Shown piece by piece: positions 34,619 to 45,491 of a DNA stretch of 45,491 bases. Source of the DNA: Octopus bimaculoides (Eukaryota); the NCBI RefSeq assembly GCF_001194135.2, contig NC_068991.1, positions 33,816,209 through 33,861,699 of the forward strand. The letters run 5' to 3'. The translations under genes were made by a program, and so were the position numbers. Position 1 is the stretch's first letter. Each line of letters begins with the position of its first letter. The notes beneath the pieces are model-generated. The model searched no databases. It was not told where the DNA came from and saw only the letters and a program-made list of their open reading frames with translations.

Positions 34619-37186
34619 CGAGGGGGTACCCAAGAGAAAGCGGAATTTAGCAATGTTATTCGGTTGTCAAGTGTGAAATTTGTAGAAGAGAAAGAAAATT
34701 TGCTAATGTTTTCTAGATACAAGAGATAGTTTTATTCATCAAAATATGCACCTATATTGTCGATACACTTTTGCCATCTCAGCAGTAGCTTGTCTAACCC
34801 ATAACTGTAAAAGCCTGGCAATCTAGAGTTAATAAAATCTTGGAAGGCCTGTTTTACAGCATCATCAGAATTAAATTTTTTTCCTGCGAAAATGTTATCC
34901 AAATTCTGGAAGAAGTGGTGGTCAGTGGGGGGGTAAGGTCAGGTGAGTATGGTGGATGATGGAGAACTTCCAACTCCAATTCCTATAGTTTTGCCAATGT
35001 CATTTTTGCCATGTGTGGTCTGGTGTTGCCTTGCAATAAAATAGGTGTGAATCTGTTGACTAATCTAGGCTGTTTTTTTTTTGTAAGTTTCTGCATCATT
35101 TGGTCCAGTTGGCTGCAGTATACTTTGGCTGTGATTAATGAGCCAGGTTTAATGAAATCATAACAGATCACACCTACGCCATACCACCAAACACGCACCA
35201 TCAACTTCTTTTGATGAATTTTGCTTTTTGAACTGTGTTTTAGTGGCTCGTCTTTGTCCAACCATTGTGCTGAACGTTTACGGTTGTTGTATTGGACCCA
35301 TTTCTCATCACATGTTACAATTCGATTAAAAAATTATTCATTTTTGTGATGAGAAAGTAGCATAATGTAGGCTTCCATATGTTGCTGTTTCTGATTTTCT
35401 TTGAGTTCATGTGGAACCCACTTATCCAACTTTTTCACTTTACCGATTTGAACTAGGTGAGTCAATATTATTTGCTTGCTAACACCAAACAACAACGATA
35501 ATACACGGGCACTTTGAGATGGATCTGACTCGACGGTGGCTTTCAGTTCGTCATTATCCGCCTTTGTTTCTGGTCGATCATGTTGCTCATTTGTGAGGTC
35601 AAAGTTACCAGAACAAAATTTTGCAAACCAATTTGATACTGTCTACTGTGTAATAACATTAAAATGAAATACTCCATTAATATTCCAAGTTGTCTGTGAT
35701 GCTGTATTTCCCAGAAAGAACTCATATTTCAAAACTGTATGAATTTCTGACTTATTCATCTCTAAAGAAAAATAGCAAAAAACGATTTATAAATACTTTA
35801 TAAAGCACAAAATGAGTTAGAATAAAGAAATAGATGTGTCAGCTTTCTAACAAAAAATAAAGATCATCAAAATATAATAATGGCACAAAATGAGCAGCTG
35901 TCAAAGTTCAGCATGTACCTTACTACAAATTTCATACTTGACGACCTATTATTCACTTAGTTTTACATGTTTATACTTTTATTGCCTTCAAAGTATTCTC
36001 CATTTGAAGCAATGCAGATGGTTCAGACTCGCTTTCCACTGTTCAAAGCAGTCTTGCAACTCTTGCAAAGTGATAACTTTTACAGCCTCCACCATTTTTT
36101 CCTTCACCTCTTCCACATCTGCAAAACGTTTTCCTTTAAGGATTTTTTACCTTTGAGGTAACAGAAGAAAGTCACAGGGAGGGTGGGTATGCAAGGTTAT
36201 GCCATTTTTGGCAAAAACTGTCTCACACTGAAGGTGGTGTGCACAGGCACATTGTCATGATGAAACTACCACTCTCCACTTTGCCACTGGTTGGGGTGTT
36301 TTTGTCTCAACATCTTGCAGATGCTTCAGAACTGCTAAGTAAAATGTCTGGTTAGCAGTTTGACAACTAGGAACAGATTTTGTGTGGTCAATTCCTTTCA
36401 CATCCATGAAACAAATCAGCACCATCTTGACATTGGACCTCACTTATGTGCTTTTTTGGGGGTGTAGTGACATTGAATGCTTCCATTGACTTGATTACTG
36501 CTTCATTTTTGGGTCATAGCCATAGCACCAGCTTTTCTCACCAGTGATGACCTTTGGAAAAAGGTTCAGATCAACTTCTGACTGTTCTTTCAGTTCATGA
36601 TACATATTTAGTCATGATTGCTTTTGATCTTCTGTGAGCAAGCAAGGCACAAATTTTGCTGCAACTCTTTTCATTCGCAATTCTTTGCTCAAAATTCATT
36701 GGTAGGGGCTCCAGAATACCCCAGTCATATCAACAAGTTCATCAGTTGTTCAGCGATGGTCCTCCAAGATCAGTTTGAATTTTCATGATGTTTTCATTCG
36801 TTTGGGATGTTGACAGTTGCCCTGAATGAGGTTGGTCTTGAAGTGACAAGTGACTATTCCTAAAGCTTGAGAACCACTCGTAAACTTGTGTTTTGCTCAT
36901 GGTAGCGTCCTTGTAAGCTGTTTGAAGCATGACAGCCGTTTCTGAGGAAACAAAATTCCACAGAAGCATGCTGTTCCTTCATTTCAGCCATCACAAAAAT
37001 CAACAAACAGGGGAGAAGCACTGCAAAACAAAGACACACCACGTGACTGTACAACTTCACTTGATGCTGCCAGTTGGCAGACTGATGCGTGAGGGTTGCA
37101 TCAAGTGGCTTCTTGTGACAGAAGCCTGAACTACAATGGGCTTGCCTCACAGAGAATGTTTCTGGTTACTTTTGGGTGCTCCCTAG
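34619..37186 (-). mobile_element. Outer mariner element (about 1,275 bp without the insert), degenerate transposase
   Basis: Flanked by TA, with TIRs CGAGGGGGTACCCAAGAGAAAGCGGAA and TTCTGGTTACTTTTGGGTGCTCCCTAG. Peptides MAEMKEQHASVEFCFL, MLQTAYKDATMSKTQVYEWFS and RSNVKMVLICFMDVKGI. Confidence 0.9.
34659..35949 (-). mobile_element. Inner full-length (1,291 bp) mariner element, degenerate transposase
   Basis: TA TSD at 34657-58 and 35950-51. TIRs TTCGGTTGTCAAGTGTGAAATTTGTAG and CTACAAATTTCATACTTGACGACCTAT. Peptides KVKKLDKWVPHEL, KIHQKKLMVRVWW and ILLQGNTRPH. Confidence 0.92.
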
Positions 37187-37589
37187 TATGTGGGCTCTGT
37201 ACCCTAAACAAGCAAATATCTCCATACTACAACTTAGAACATTTATGGTTTAATAAGATAGGAGAAAATGCTATACAAGAGAAAGCTCAACTCCTTAGCA
37301 TGGAAAAGCTCTTGAGTCAGTACATTCTCCTCAGTACTGGTTGAGTACAATGATGCAGGAAGATAATATCACAAACCAATTGCTGCTTCCGCAACTCTCA
37401 AAAAAAGACCAACTTCACTTGAAAGACACCATAAAGTGATATATGAAGTATTAGAGGCATTTGAAAATAGCATCACTGTAGGAGATACAGCATTGATGAC
37501 AGTTAATTCAGAGTAATGGATATAATGACTACAAGGTTGACAGATTACTACAAATAAAAAAGTGGGCTAATAAGATTATCAGTTAAGTT

Positions 37590-37800
37590 GAATCATCATC
37601 GTCATCATTATCATTTAAGGTCTACTTTATCTTCTATGTTGGCATATGTTGGATGGTTTGACTTTAGCTGGTGACCCAGTGGACTACGCCAAGCTTTACT
37701 GTCTGCTTTGGCATGGTTTCTATGGCTGGTTGCTCTTCCTAATGCCAACCACTTTACAGAAAGTACTGGATGTTTTCATGTGGTACTAGCATCTGCAAGT
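37590..37800 (-). mobile_element. RTE-tail-derived short repeat, antisense
   Basis: catcatc...catttaagg...ggcatggtttctatggctgg...cttcctaatgccaaccactttacag. Confidence 0.75.
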
Positions 37801-38199
37801 AAGCTTGCAAAATAAGTCTCCTCAACTGTTGTGTGAGAACTATGGAGGGAAGTGACTTTGTTCCAGGTGATGAGAGATTAGAGTATAATAGAAGGATAAA
37901 AAATAGGTGTCTTGCTGTAACTCAGTTGGAAATTAGAAGGAGAGAGGGAAAGAGGGTGAGAGAGAAAAAATGGAGATGTGCTGGGGTATACACCCAAGTT
38001 ATGGAGATGGGTATATAAGTGAAGTGGTACAGATGATAGGATAGAGTGAGTGGGTAGATAAGTTTGTGAGAGTGTAAATGGTGTGTGAGAGATAACAGGG
38101 AAGGGAATGCAGTGATTGAAAAAGGATGGAAGGAGTGTTAAGAAGATGAGACATGGGGGAGAGGAGTATAGACTTAAAATTCATGTCTTTACTGAGATG

Positions 38200-39440
38200 G
38201 ATGAATTTCTCAAGCACAGCAAATTGTCAATCATCTCGGTTCTTTGTCATCTCTTTTGCGAGGCTCAACATCTGAAGGTCATTTTTCATCACTTCATCCA
38301 ATGTCCTCTTGGGTCTACTTCTTCCACAAGTTCCATCCACATAAGGCTTGGCACTTCTTTATACAGCTATCCTCATCCACATGCATCAATGACCATACCA
38401 GCATAGTTTTCTCTCTTGCGCACTACATCTGATACCTCTTATTCTCAATTATTCTCTCAAAACATTCACACTTCATTATATACATGCATACTGACATTGC
38501 ACATTCAACAGAGCATGCTGGCTTCATTTCTTTCAAGCCTTTATATGTCCACTGCATTAACAGCTCATATTTTATTATCATGTAGCATTGCTGTTCATAC
38601 ACAGGAATCATACAATGTGCCTTTCACTCTGAGGGAGAGACCCTTTGTTACCAGCAAAGGTAATAGCTCTCTGAACTTTCTCCAGCCAGTTCTTATTTAA
38701 GTAACTATATTTTTAAAGCATCCTCTTCCACTATTAATTAGGTAACCTAGGTAACAGAAACTATCTACTACCTATGAGGATCCTTCTGGGCTATTGGATG
38801 AATCTATTTTCAGTGTGTTCTTAGTATATATTGTTCCTGCACATCTACCAAAGACAATGACTGTTTTTTCTGTTAGTTGTCTTGTGATTCCACTGCACCT
38901 CTTATGTGTTTATAGCTTATATGGGGTACACCATATGGAATTTCTACTACACCTTTTCAATATATCAAGCAGGGCCATTTCCTTGAAGGAATTAATAATT
39001 TATTTGCTTTCCTGATACTAGCAGTTTAGTCTTTGTTAAGTTAATTCTATGGCCCTTTGATTCCAGGTCCTGTTTCCGCACCTGAAATTTCTTATTCTCA
39101 GAGTTTCCAGGGGTACCCAGTCTTAAACTTCTTGGTTATGGTCTGGATAATTATGATAAATTTGAGGGGGTCTACCTGTACACTGTTCATTGCTGTACTC
39201 ATTGCTGACTTTCACCTTTCCCCACTTGCTATTGCTTTTCCAGAAGATTTTATACCTTTTTTTTTTGCTTGTGAGGAGCCTGGCTGATGTTCCCCTCTAC
39301 CTTCTTGCATGCAACACACTTCTACAAGTCTCCATTCTAGCTTTTCAGCAATCTCACCAGCTCTATATTTCAATGTATCTACATTGATTATACCTGCTCT
39401 AAGGATGTAGATGGGTAGAAGGATTGAACTGGAAGAAGGC
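38200..39440 (-). mobile_element. Old RTE LINE with a large internal deletion
   Basis: The 3' ORF region parallels 27890-28700. It joins to an APE N-terminus GIINVDTLKYRAGEIAEKLEWRLVEVCCMQE. Confidence 0.75.
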
Positions 39441-40059
39441 TGGTGGCATTCAACATCTGTTAACGAGTAAGTTTGCAGTACATTTGCTAGCAGGTATATC
39501 AGTTGCATAATCAGATAATAGATAATACCACTCACATGAACAGCCATGCTGGGGCACTGCCAGTGTAATCACATTTTCAGTGACCAATCTTATGTGATTG
39601 GCTTTTGCTGAAGGAAGGAGTTCAACATTGCTCCTTGATATTGGTTCATCTGAGACCTTGGATACCAGGAAGCCAAGTTGTTTCTTGAAAACATCTACCC
39701 CCCCCCCCCACTCCATGAAGATCCCTCAGATGTTTTGGCAAGGTGTTAAACAGCTGTGGGCCCCTGAATCAAAAGCTATTGCAGTACATGGTCTTCACTC
39801 TAGAAAGGAGAGCTGGGACCTTTGGAACAGTGAGTGATGTCCAGTTCAGGGTCTGGTATAGCTCTCAATTCCAAAGTTTGGCGCCAGCCCCTCCAGTATC
39901 TTCCACACATATATCACTACATATCTCTCTCGTCTCCACTCCAGGGACTTAAATTGTTACTCTTTCAGTCTCTCCCAGTAGCTCAGCTGTTCCGTTGATG
40001 CAATCTTCCTTGTGTAACATCACTGAACTGCCTCAAGTTCTGCTATTCATCTGACACTG

Positions 40060-40240
40060 CACCTGTGCTGGTGCTGCATAAAAACACTGAGTAAACTGTA
40101 AAGTGGTTGGCATTAGGGAGGGCATCCAACCATAGAAATCATGCCAAGACCAACAGGGAGCCTGAACAGCCCTTCAGCTGGTCAGTTTGTTAAACTGTCC
40201 AACCCATGCCAGCATGGAAAATAGACATTAAATGATGATT
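40060..40240 (+). mobile_element. RTE-tail-derived short repeat
   Basis: gtaaagtggttggcattagggagggcatccaacc...aacccatgccagcatggaaaa...ttaaatgatga. Confidence 0.8.
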
Positions 40241-40864
40241 AACTACTATTTGTCCAGGTCCTCAAACACTGAAGGCCAACTGGTCATAGACAGAAAGGGT
40301 TGAAAGAAGAAAAAAGTATTAACAAAAAAAAGGGGTGAGATGGAAGGAAAGGTCCTCTGTGAGTCTAGCATTATTATGGTGGTCATGGGAGTAGATGGGA
40401 ATGGTGGACAGGGGTGAAAAGATGGCTACAACTATCATGGCATCTGAGAAAATGGATGACTTGAAGGGCTTTTCGAATGAAATCAATAAACTACATATTT
40501 AGGAGAGGGTTAGAAATGGCTAACACTTAGCTAAGACTTCAATGATATTTAATACCATGCCGCTAATAAGCAAATGGATAAATGTCTGCATGCATGACTT
40601 TTATAACAAAAAGGAAGCCAGAAAACAGGAAGGAGAGGGGATAGAATAATGCTTGCCATTCCATACTTAAAACATTACAGCACTTAAATACATACAAACA
40701 AACAAACACTTCAGTTTGTACATATATATATTATGAAAAAATATATTCTAAAAAGATAGTGACTATTGAAGGCCACACAATTTGATCAAATGAGTGAGAA
40801 AATGGGCGAGTTCCAGTGCTTTTTGAGTGAACTCAGTATATTACATATTTAAGAGAGAAATAGA

Positions 40865-41045
40865 AATTCTTTTCTACTCTAGGTACAAGGCCTGAAATTT
40901 TTGGGGATGGGAGCGAGTCAATTAGATTGACTCCAGTATGCAACTGATACTTAATTTATTGACCCTGAAAGGATAAACTGACCTCGGTGGAATTTGAACT
41001 CAGAATGTAAAGACAGACAAAATATCACTAAGCATTTCACCCAGA
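40865..41045 (-). mobile_element. SINE family B, CpG-decayed copy
   Basis: Aligns to 9590-9730, with most CpG changed to TpG/CpA. Confidence 0.8.
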
Positions 41046-41258
41046 ATGGCGGGAGAAATAGAAATGGTCAGCACATTGTTAAGACTCTGGCAGCAGTTCT
41101 CTCCTCTTAAAGGGAATCTTCATCCTCTCTTCTATTTCTTAGTAAACTTTCTTCTCTTACTCCAAAAGCAACTGTAGGTGGCAGCACCAACCATTCCCAC
41201 TCAAATTTCCCGTGTGTGTGTATTTCATAAAATGTTTTCTTAATATTTACTTCCACAG

Positions 41259-41303
41259 GATGTGTAGCTGTAAATATTTTTAGAAAATATTTCATCTCTA
41301 AAG
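41259..41303 (+). CDS. Candidate 45-nt exon ((G)CVAVNIFRKYFISK, phase 1 to 1)
   Basis: Strong acceptor tttacttccacag| and donor AAG|GTAAGG. The only open frame is the one compatible with the phase-1 end of the 32479-32518 candidate. Confidence 0.45.
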
Positions 41304-41519
41304 GTAAGGTTAACAGTCCAAAAAAATTACAGTCTTATTGATACTGTAGTTGTTGAGTAATTACAGGCTTGACCTCCTTTACTTATTAAGTTACCTGACT
41401 TTCTAATTCTTCACAAGTGAAATTTATAACTGAATGCAAGCATGAAAAACTATTGAATGAGAAGTATGATTGAGATAGTGAGAGATTACTTGAAGTGGAA
41501 TCAACAGATGGAGTAGCTG

Positions 41520-42040
41520 TTGATTGCAGCTTTCAATGTGGTTAATAATGCTATTAAAGTGATTACTGTAGAGAAAGTAGCTAGCCTATCACAGATAGAT
41601 ATTAAAGATGTAGAAAGATCATATTTGCTTAGTAAATCACCTTGTGATGAAAGTGAATTCTTTCATGAATAGTATAGCAATATCAACATCAACTACTAGA
41701 AAGCCAAAGAAGGTACATTAGAGAGAAGCAATTATAGAGGTCTCAGCTTAATGGACCATGTCCTGAAAGTAGGTAAGAGACTTTTAGAGAAGCTAGAACA
41801 CAACAAAGGTTAGATAAAATGTAGTGGGCAGGACATGGAATCACAGATACCATATTTCTAGTGCAGGAACAGCAAGACAAATTCTTCACTATAAGCAAAC
41901 AACTCTGCATTTGTTGATTTGGATGAGGTCTTTGACAGGATCCTTAGCTCTGTTGATGTTGGCTTGTAAAGCTGTACAAATTATGTATGAAGATGCTGTA
42001 AGAAAGATTAAGAATAATAGTAAATTCAGTGAAGCAGATG
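41520..42040 (+). mobile_element. Degenerate RTE RT fragment
   Basis: NYRGLSLMDHVLKV and FVDLDEVFDRI motifs. Confidence 0.65.
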
Positions 42041-42289
42041 TTCACCAGTTCTGTTTTTATTCTCCTTATATTCATTACAGTAAGCTTATAAAAACACAAG
42101 AATTCAGAACTGGTCAGCTTCAGAAAATCTTTTTTTGTTCTCTTTTTTTGCTTACTTGCTGGGTCTGGAAGAGGGGGCAGTGTTCATACAGGCCCTCCAT
42201 GACTGGTAAGATTGATGTGATTAGGGTCCCATTTAAGCTGTTGTGAATTAACATCTGCGGGAAACATATGAGCAAGGAGGAAATTGCAG

Positions 42290-43750
42290 AGTGATGATGT
42301 TCAGGGAATGATGGTTAATGCAGGGTCTGTTGGGTTGAGTACAACAGTGATAACAAGAGGTGGAGTGGCAAGTGGTTCAGGAGTCTTCTGAGGGGAGCAG
42401 GTACAAGATCAGTCAGCTCCAAAGTACAGAGGCTAATATAGTAATGATAGGGAAGAGAGAACACAGCCTGCCTGTGAATCAGGGACTAGAGTGTATTTGT
42501 GAGTAATTTGATGCTAGTTAGTCAAGCATCTATTCTCTGAACACAGTCCAAGATGTCTGTATACATAGAAGACGCAGTGTCCTAGATGTGGGAGCAATAT
42601 TCCATTGTGGGCCTCACTTGAACCTTGTCAGCAATTGTTGGAGGTTAAAATATTTTCTGGCTCTGAAGAGAAAGGCATATCTTTAAGCAGTGGTTCTAGC
42701 TGTGTTAAGGATGTACTTTTGACAGGAGAAATCCTCGGTGATAGTGAAGCCTAGCATTTGGAGCAATCTTGAGGGCTCTAACTGAATGTCATTCATGTTT
42801 AGGGAGGATGCTCTGCACTAGTGTTTTGATATGAATAGTGCTTGAGTTTTTTGCTGGCTAAAAAGTGACATGATTGGCATATGTCCTCTGAGTTATGCTC
42901 TCAAAGTTTTCATTCATGAAATCAGTGCAGTTTGTGTTGCATGGATGATGCATTATTGGAGAAGGTTATAGAAGAATGAAGGGTCATTTTTGCATAAGTG
43001 TATGCATTGCTGGACATGACAGCAAGTAGACCATTGATGTGTTGAAGGATTAGAATGGAGGAGTAAACCAAACATTGGTTATATTGATGGAGTTGAGTGT
43101 TTAGGGAAACATGGGTAGAGAAGGGATTTCAGAAAGATGCAGTTTCTGAAAACAAAGGATTAGGTAAAGTGTTTAATGCAGATTTGAGATGTGAAATACT
43201 GTGTGGAACATTAATGTCAGGTAGGATACATGGGCTTGGGTGAAAATAGTATGCACCTAGTTAGTTCAGAGGTGTGATAGCCATTGAAACAGCATTTGAA
43301 GAAACAAAGAAAAGAAATTGCATCTGTGAGCTTGTGGTTGAAACATGATGGTGAGTGCCAATGCCAAATAATATTTTATATTTGGAACACTATCCCATAG
43401 ATGTGAGTAGTACTTCAGTGTGGGTTGAGTTTGAGCTTTGTTGTGGCTTTAACAGCTGTTGAGAGTTGAAATATGTTCTGGTTCCATATAGGTATTCCAC
43501 TCTGTGTGATGCAATTTTGTCAATGTTTTATGTGGGTTTGCCATGAGAGATCATCAAAGATTATGAGAACTAGCATTTGTAGTCACTATGAGGGTTTAAA
43601 TTGTGTTATTCATGTTTAGAGAGATTTAGGTATGAAATTGTTTCCTTTGCTGTGGGTAATGATTATAGTTTTTCTGTTACTGACAGAGACAAGGTTGTCA
43701 TATCCTCTTTGATGAACTCAAGGTTTCCTTTTATTAATTAGTGTATCTGA
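42290..43750 (-). mobile_element. Degenerate CR1-clade LINE RT/3' region
   Basis: Minus-strand FLFRARKYFNLQQLLT followed by a degraded VRPTMEYCSHI-like motif (gtgaggcccacaatggaatattgctcccacat). Confidence 0.7.
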
Positions 43751-43906
43751 TGTTAAGTACTTTGGCTGCATATGGATAATACTTGTGCACAGGAGAAAAA
43801 GGAGTGAAGGTAGCATTATCCTGCATAGGAGTATGTATTATTAGGAAAGATAGTAGGCCATTAATGTATTAAAGGAAGAATATTAGACATATTACATCCA
43901 ACTTAA

Positions 43907-44126
43907 CCCTTCAGCATTTAAACTGGCCATATCCAGCCCAAGTATTCTATTTGTTCTACATGCAAACTGGCTACATCAGCCCTCTCATATCTACCCTACA
44001 ATGTCATGCTAAAAATAAACAATCACATCACTGAAATCTTCAGGCTGCATGATAATGCATGATTAATTCAAAATGCTGTGAATATATATGCATTACATTT
44101 GACAGAGTAATCTGAATGCTAAAAGG
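43907..44126. mobile_element. 220-bp piggyBac-type MITE
   Basis: TTAA on both sides (43903-06, 44127-30). Including TTAA, the termini TTAACCCTTCAGCATT and AATGCTAAAAGGTTAA match at 14/16. Confidence 0.8.
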
Positions 44127-44524
44127 TTAATAGGCTATTGGGTGTAGAGAGCTCTGTTGGAAGATGCTGCAGTGGTGCAGTCTGACAGGAAGTTGTCATG
44201 TCAGTCACAGTTAAAAGTTTACTAATGTCAAATGTAGCAATACTTTTGATGAAGGCTGTGGGACCACAGTTGTCCCACAATTTTGGTAAGTTGCTCTGAA
44301 TAAATTACCAGATACCTACCAGAGCAAAAGTCTGGAAGATTTGGCATGACAACAGACATACTGTTGATCACAGAAGAGGGAGAGAGGGGGAGAAAAACTC
44401 GAGTAAAAAGGTGATTATTAGCAACTGTTTTGTTATCATTGAGGTGTTAGAACTGAATGCAATAAATTTCTAGATAAGAAACATTGCTCTGTTTTGAGAT
44501 GGGGTATTATGGCATGTATCCATA

Positions 44525-44681
44525 CATCATCATCATCGTTTAACGTCCGCTTTCCATGCTAGCATGGGTTGGACGATTTGACTGAGGACTGGTGAAAATC
44601 AGATGGCTACACCAGGCTCCAATCTGATTTGGCAGAGTTTCTACAGCTGGATGCCCTTCCTAACACCAACCACTCCGAGAG
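44525..44681 (-). mobile_element. Young RTE 3' tail, antisense
   Basis: catcatcatcgtttaacgtccgctttccatgctagcatggg... near-identical to the reverse complement of 16850-17000. Confidence 0.9.
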
Positions 44682-45235
44682 TTTATTACATTGTAATAAA
44701 CTCTTATATTGAGAGAGAGGAGAGAGAGAGAGAATGATTGGAGAGTTTGGTAAGAACAAGAGCTTTGCATTTTGTTAGGAGGAAGCGTTCACTAGTTAAA
44801 TAGTGTACAAATTTATATATTTATATGTATTTACTTTTTTTTTTGTACCTTTACTGCTAGTAATCTTGCCGTCATTGAAGTAGTGTTTATTAAACTTATT
44901 CATTCTACAGAAAGAGAGTAAGTTGAAATGTATGTGACAGTGTGCTCCATGTGTGTAAGATGTACACAAAAGAGACAGTAAATCTTTGGCTGACTGAAAG
45001 TTAAAAAAACTTCAGATGGGTAGGAATAGCTATTAGTAAGCATATCTATGAAATGAAATCCCTGCTAGAACAAAAAAGTCAGAGAAGTTCAAAAAGTTGT
45101 TGTCTTCTGACAACAAAAGGCAAATTGTATTTGCATGGTGATGAGATATGGGAAATGTGGAAAGATCTGCAGAGGTTGATGAGAAGTAAGGCAAAGTTCA
45201 TTATTTACATTATTTACATTTGACAGATATTTGTC

Positions 45236-45491
45236 TTCATCATCATCATCATCATCATCATCGTTTAACGTCCGCTTTCCATGCTAGCATGGGTTGGACG
45301 ATTTGACTGAGGACTGGTGAAACCGGATGGCAACACCAGGCTCCAGTCTGATTTGGCAGAGTTTCTACAGCTGGATGCCCTTCCTAACGCCAACCACTCA
45401 GAGAGTGTAGTGGGTGCTTTTACGTGTCACCCGCACGAAAACGGCCACGCTCGAAATGGTGTCTTTTATGTGCCACCCGCACAAGCCAGTC
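45236..45491 (-). mobile_element. Young RTE 3' UTR/tail, antisense, runs off the window end
   Basis: (CAT)n tail then the reverse complement of the RTE 3' UTR, including gggtgcttttacgtg. Confidence 0.9.

Overview
AT-rich animal genomic DNA dense in repeats, with six N gaps. The repeat repertoire (RTE, CR1, Tx1 and Dong/R4 LINEs, tRNA-derived SINEs, Tc1/mariner, microsatellites) looks like an octopus or other cephalopod genome; this is an inference. There is no prokaryotic content, CRISPR array, rRNA or true tRNA gene. The only well supported host gene is a + strand ZNF318-like gene, recognised from remembered motifs. It has a 2,970-nt phase 0-0 coding exon (23850-26819), a probable first coding exon (10397-10684) inside a CpG-rich promoter-like block, and two small phase-compatible candidate exons downstream. 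The best leads cluster around the giant exon: (1) a 70-bp intronic hairpin that pairs over an intronic stop + AATAAA and has a second competing arm; (2) inverted RTE repeats flanking a stop-free symmetric exon, a possible circRNA with an endless ORF; (3) a duplicated 5' exon module; (4) an antisense 19-codon repeat with synonymous-biased divergence. Notable mobile-element structures are a mariner nested in a mariner, an LTR element inserted in a Dong/R4 LINE, a TTAGGG-carrying MITE with a 9-bp TSD, and a SINE flanked by a ~165-bp direct repeat. All assignments are by eye, with no database searches. Boundaries of degenerate repeats are approximate. No single new system is demonstrated, only testable hypotheses.
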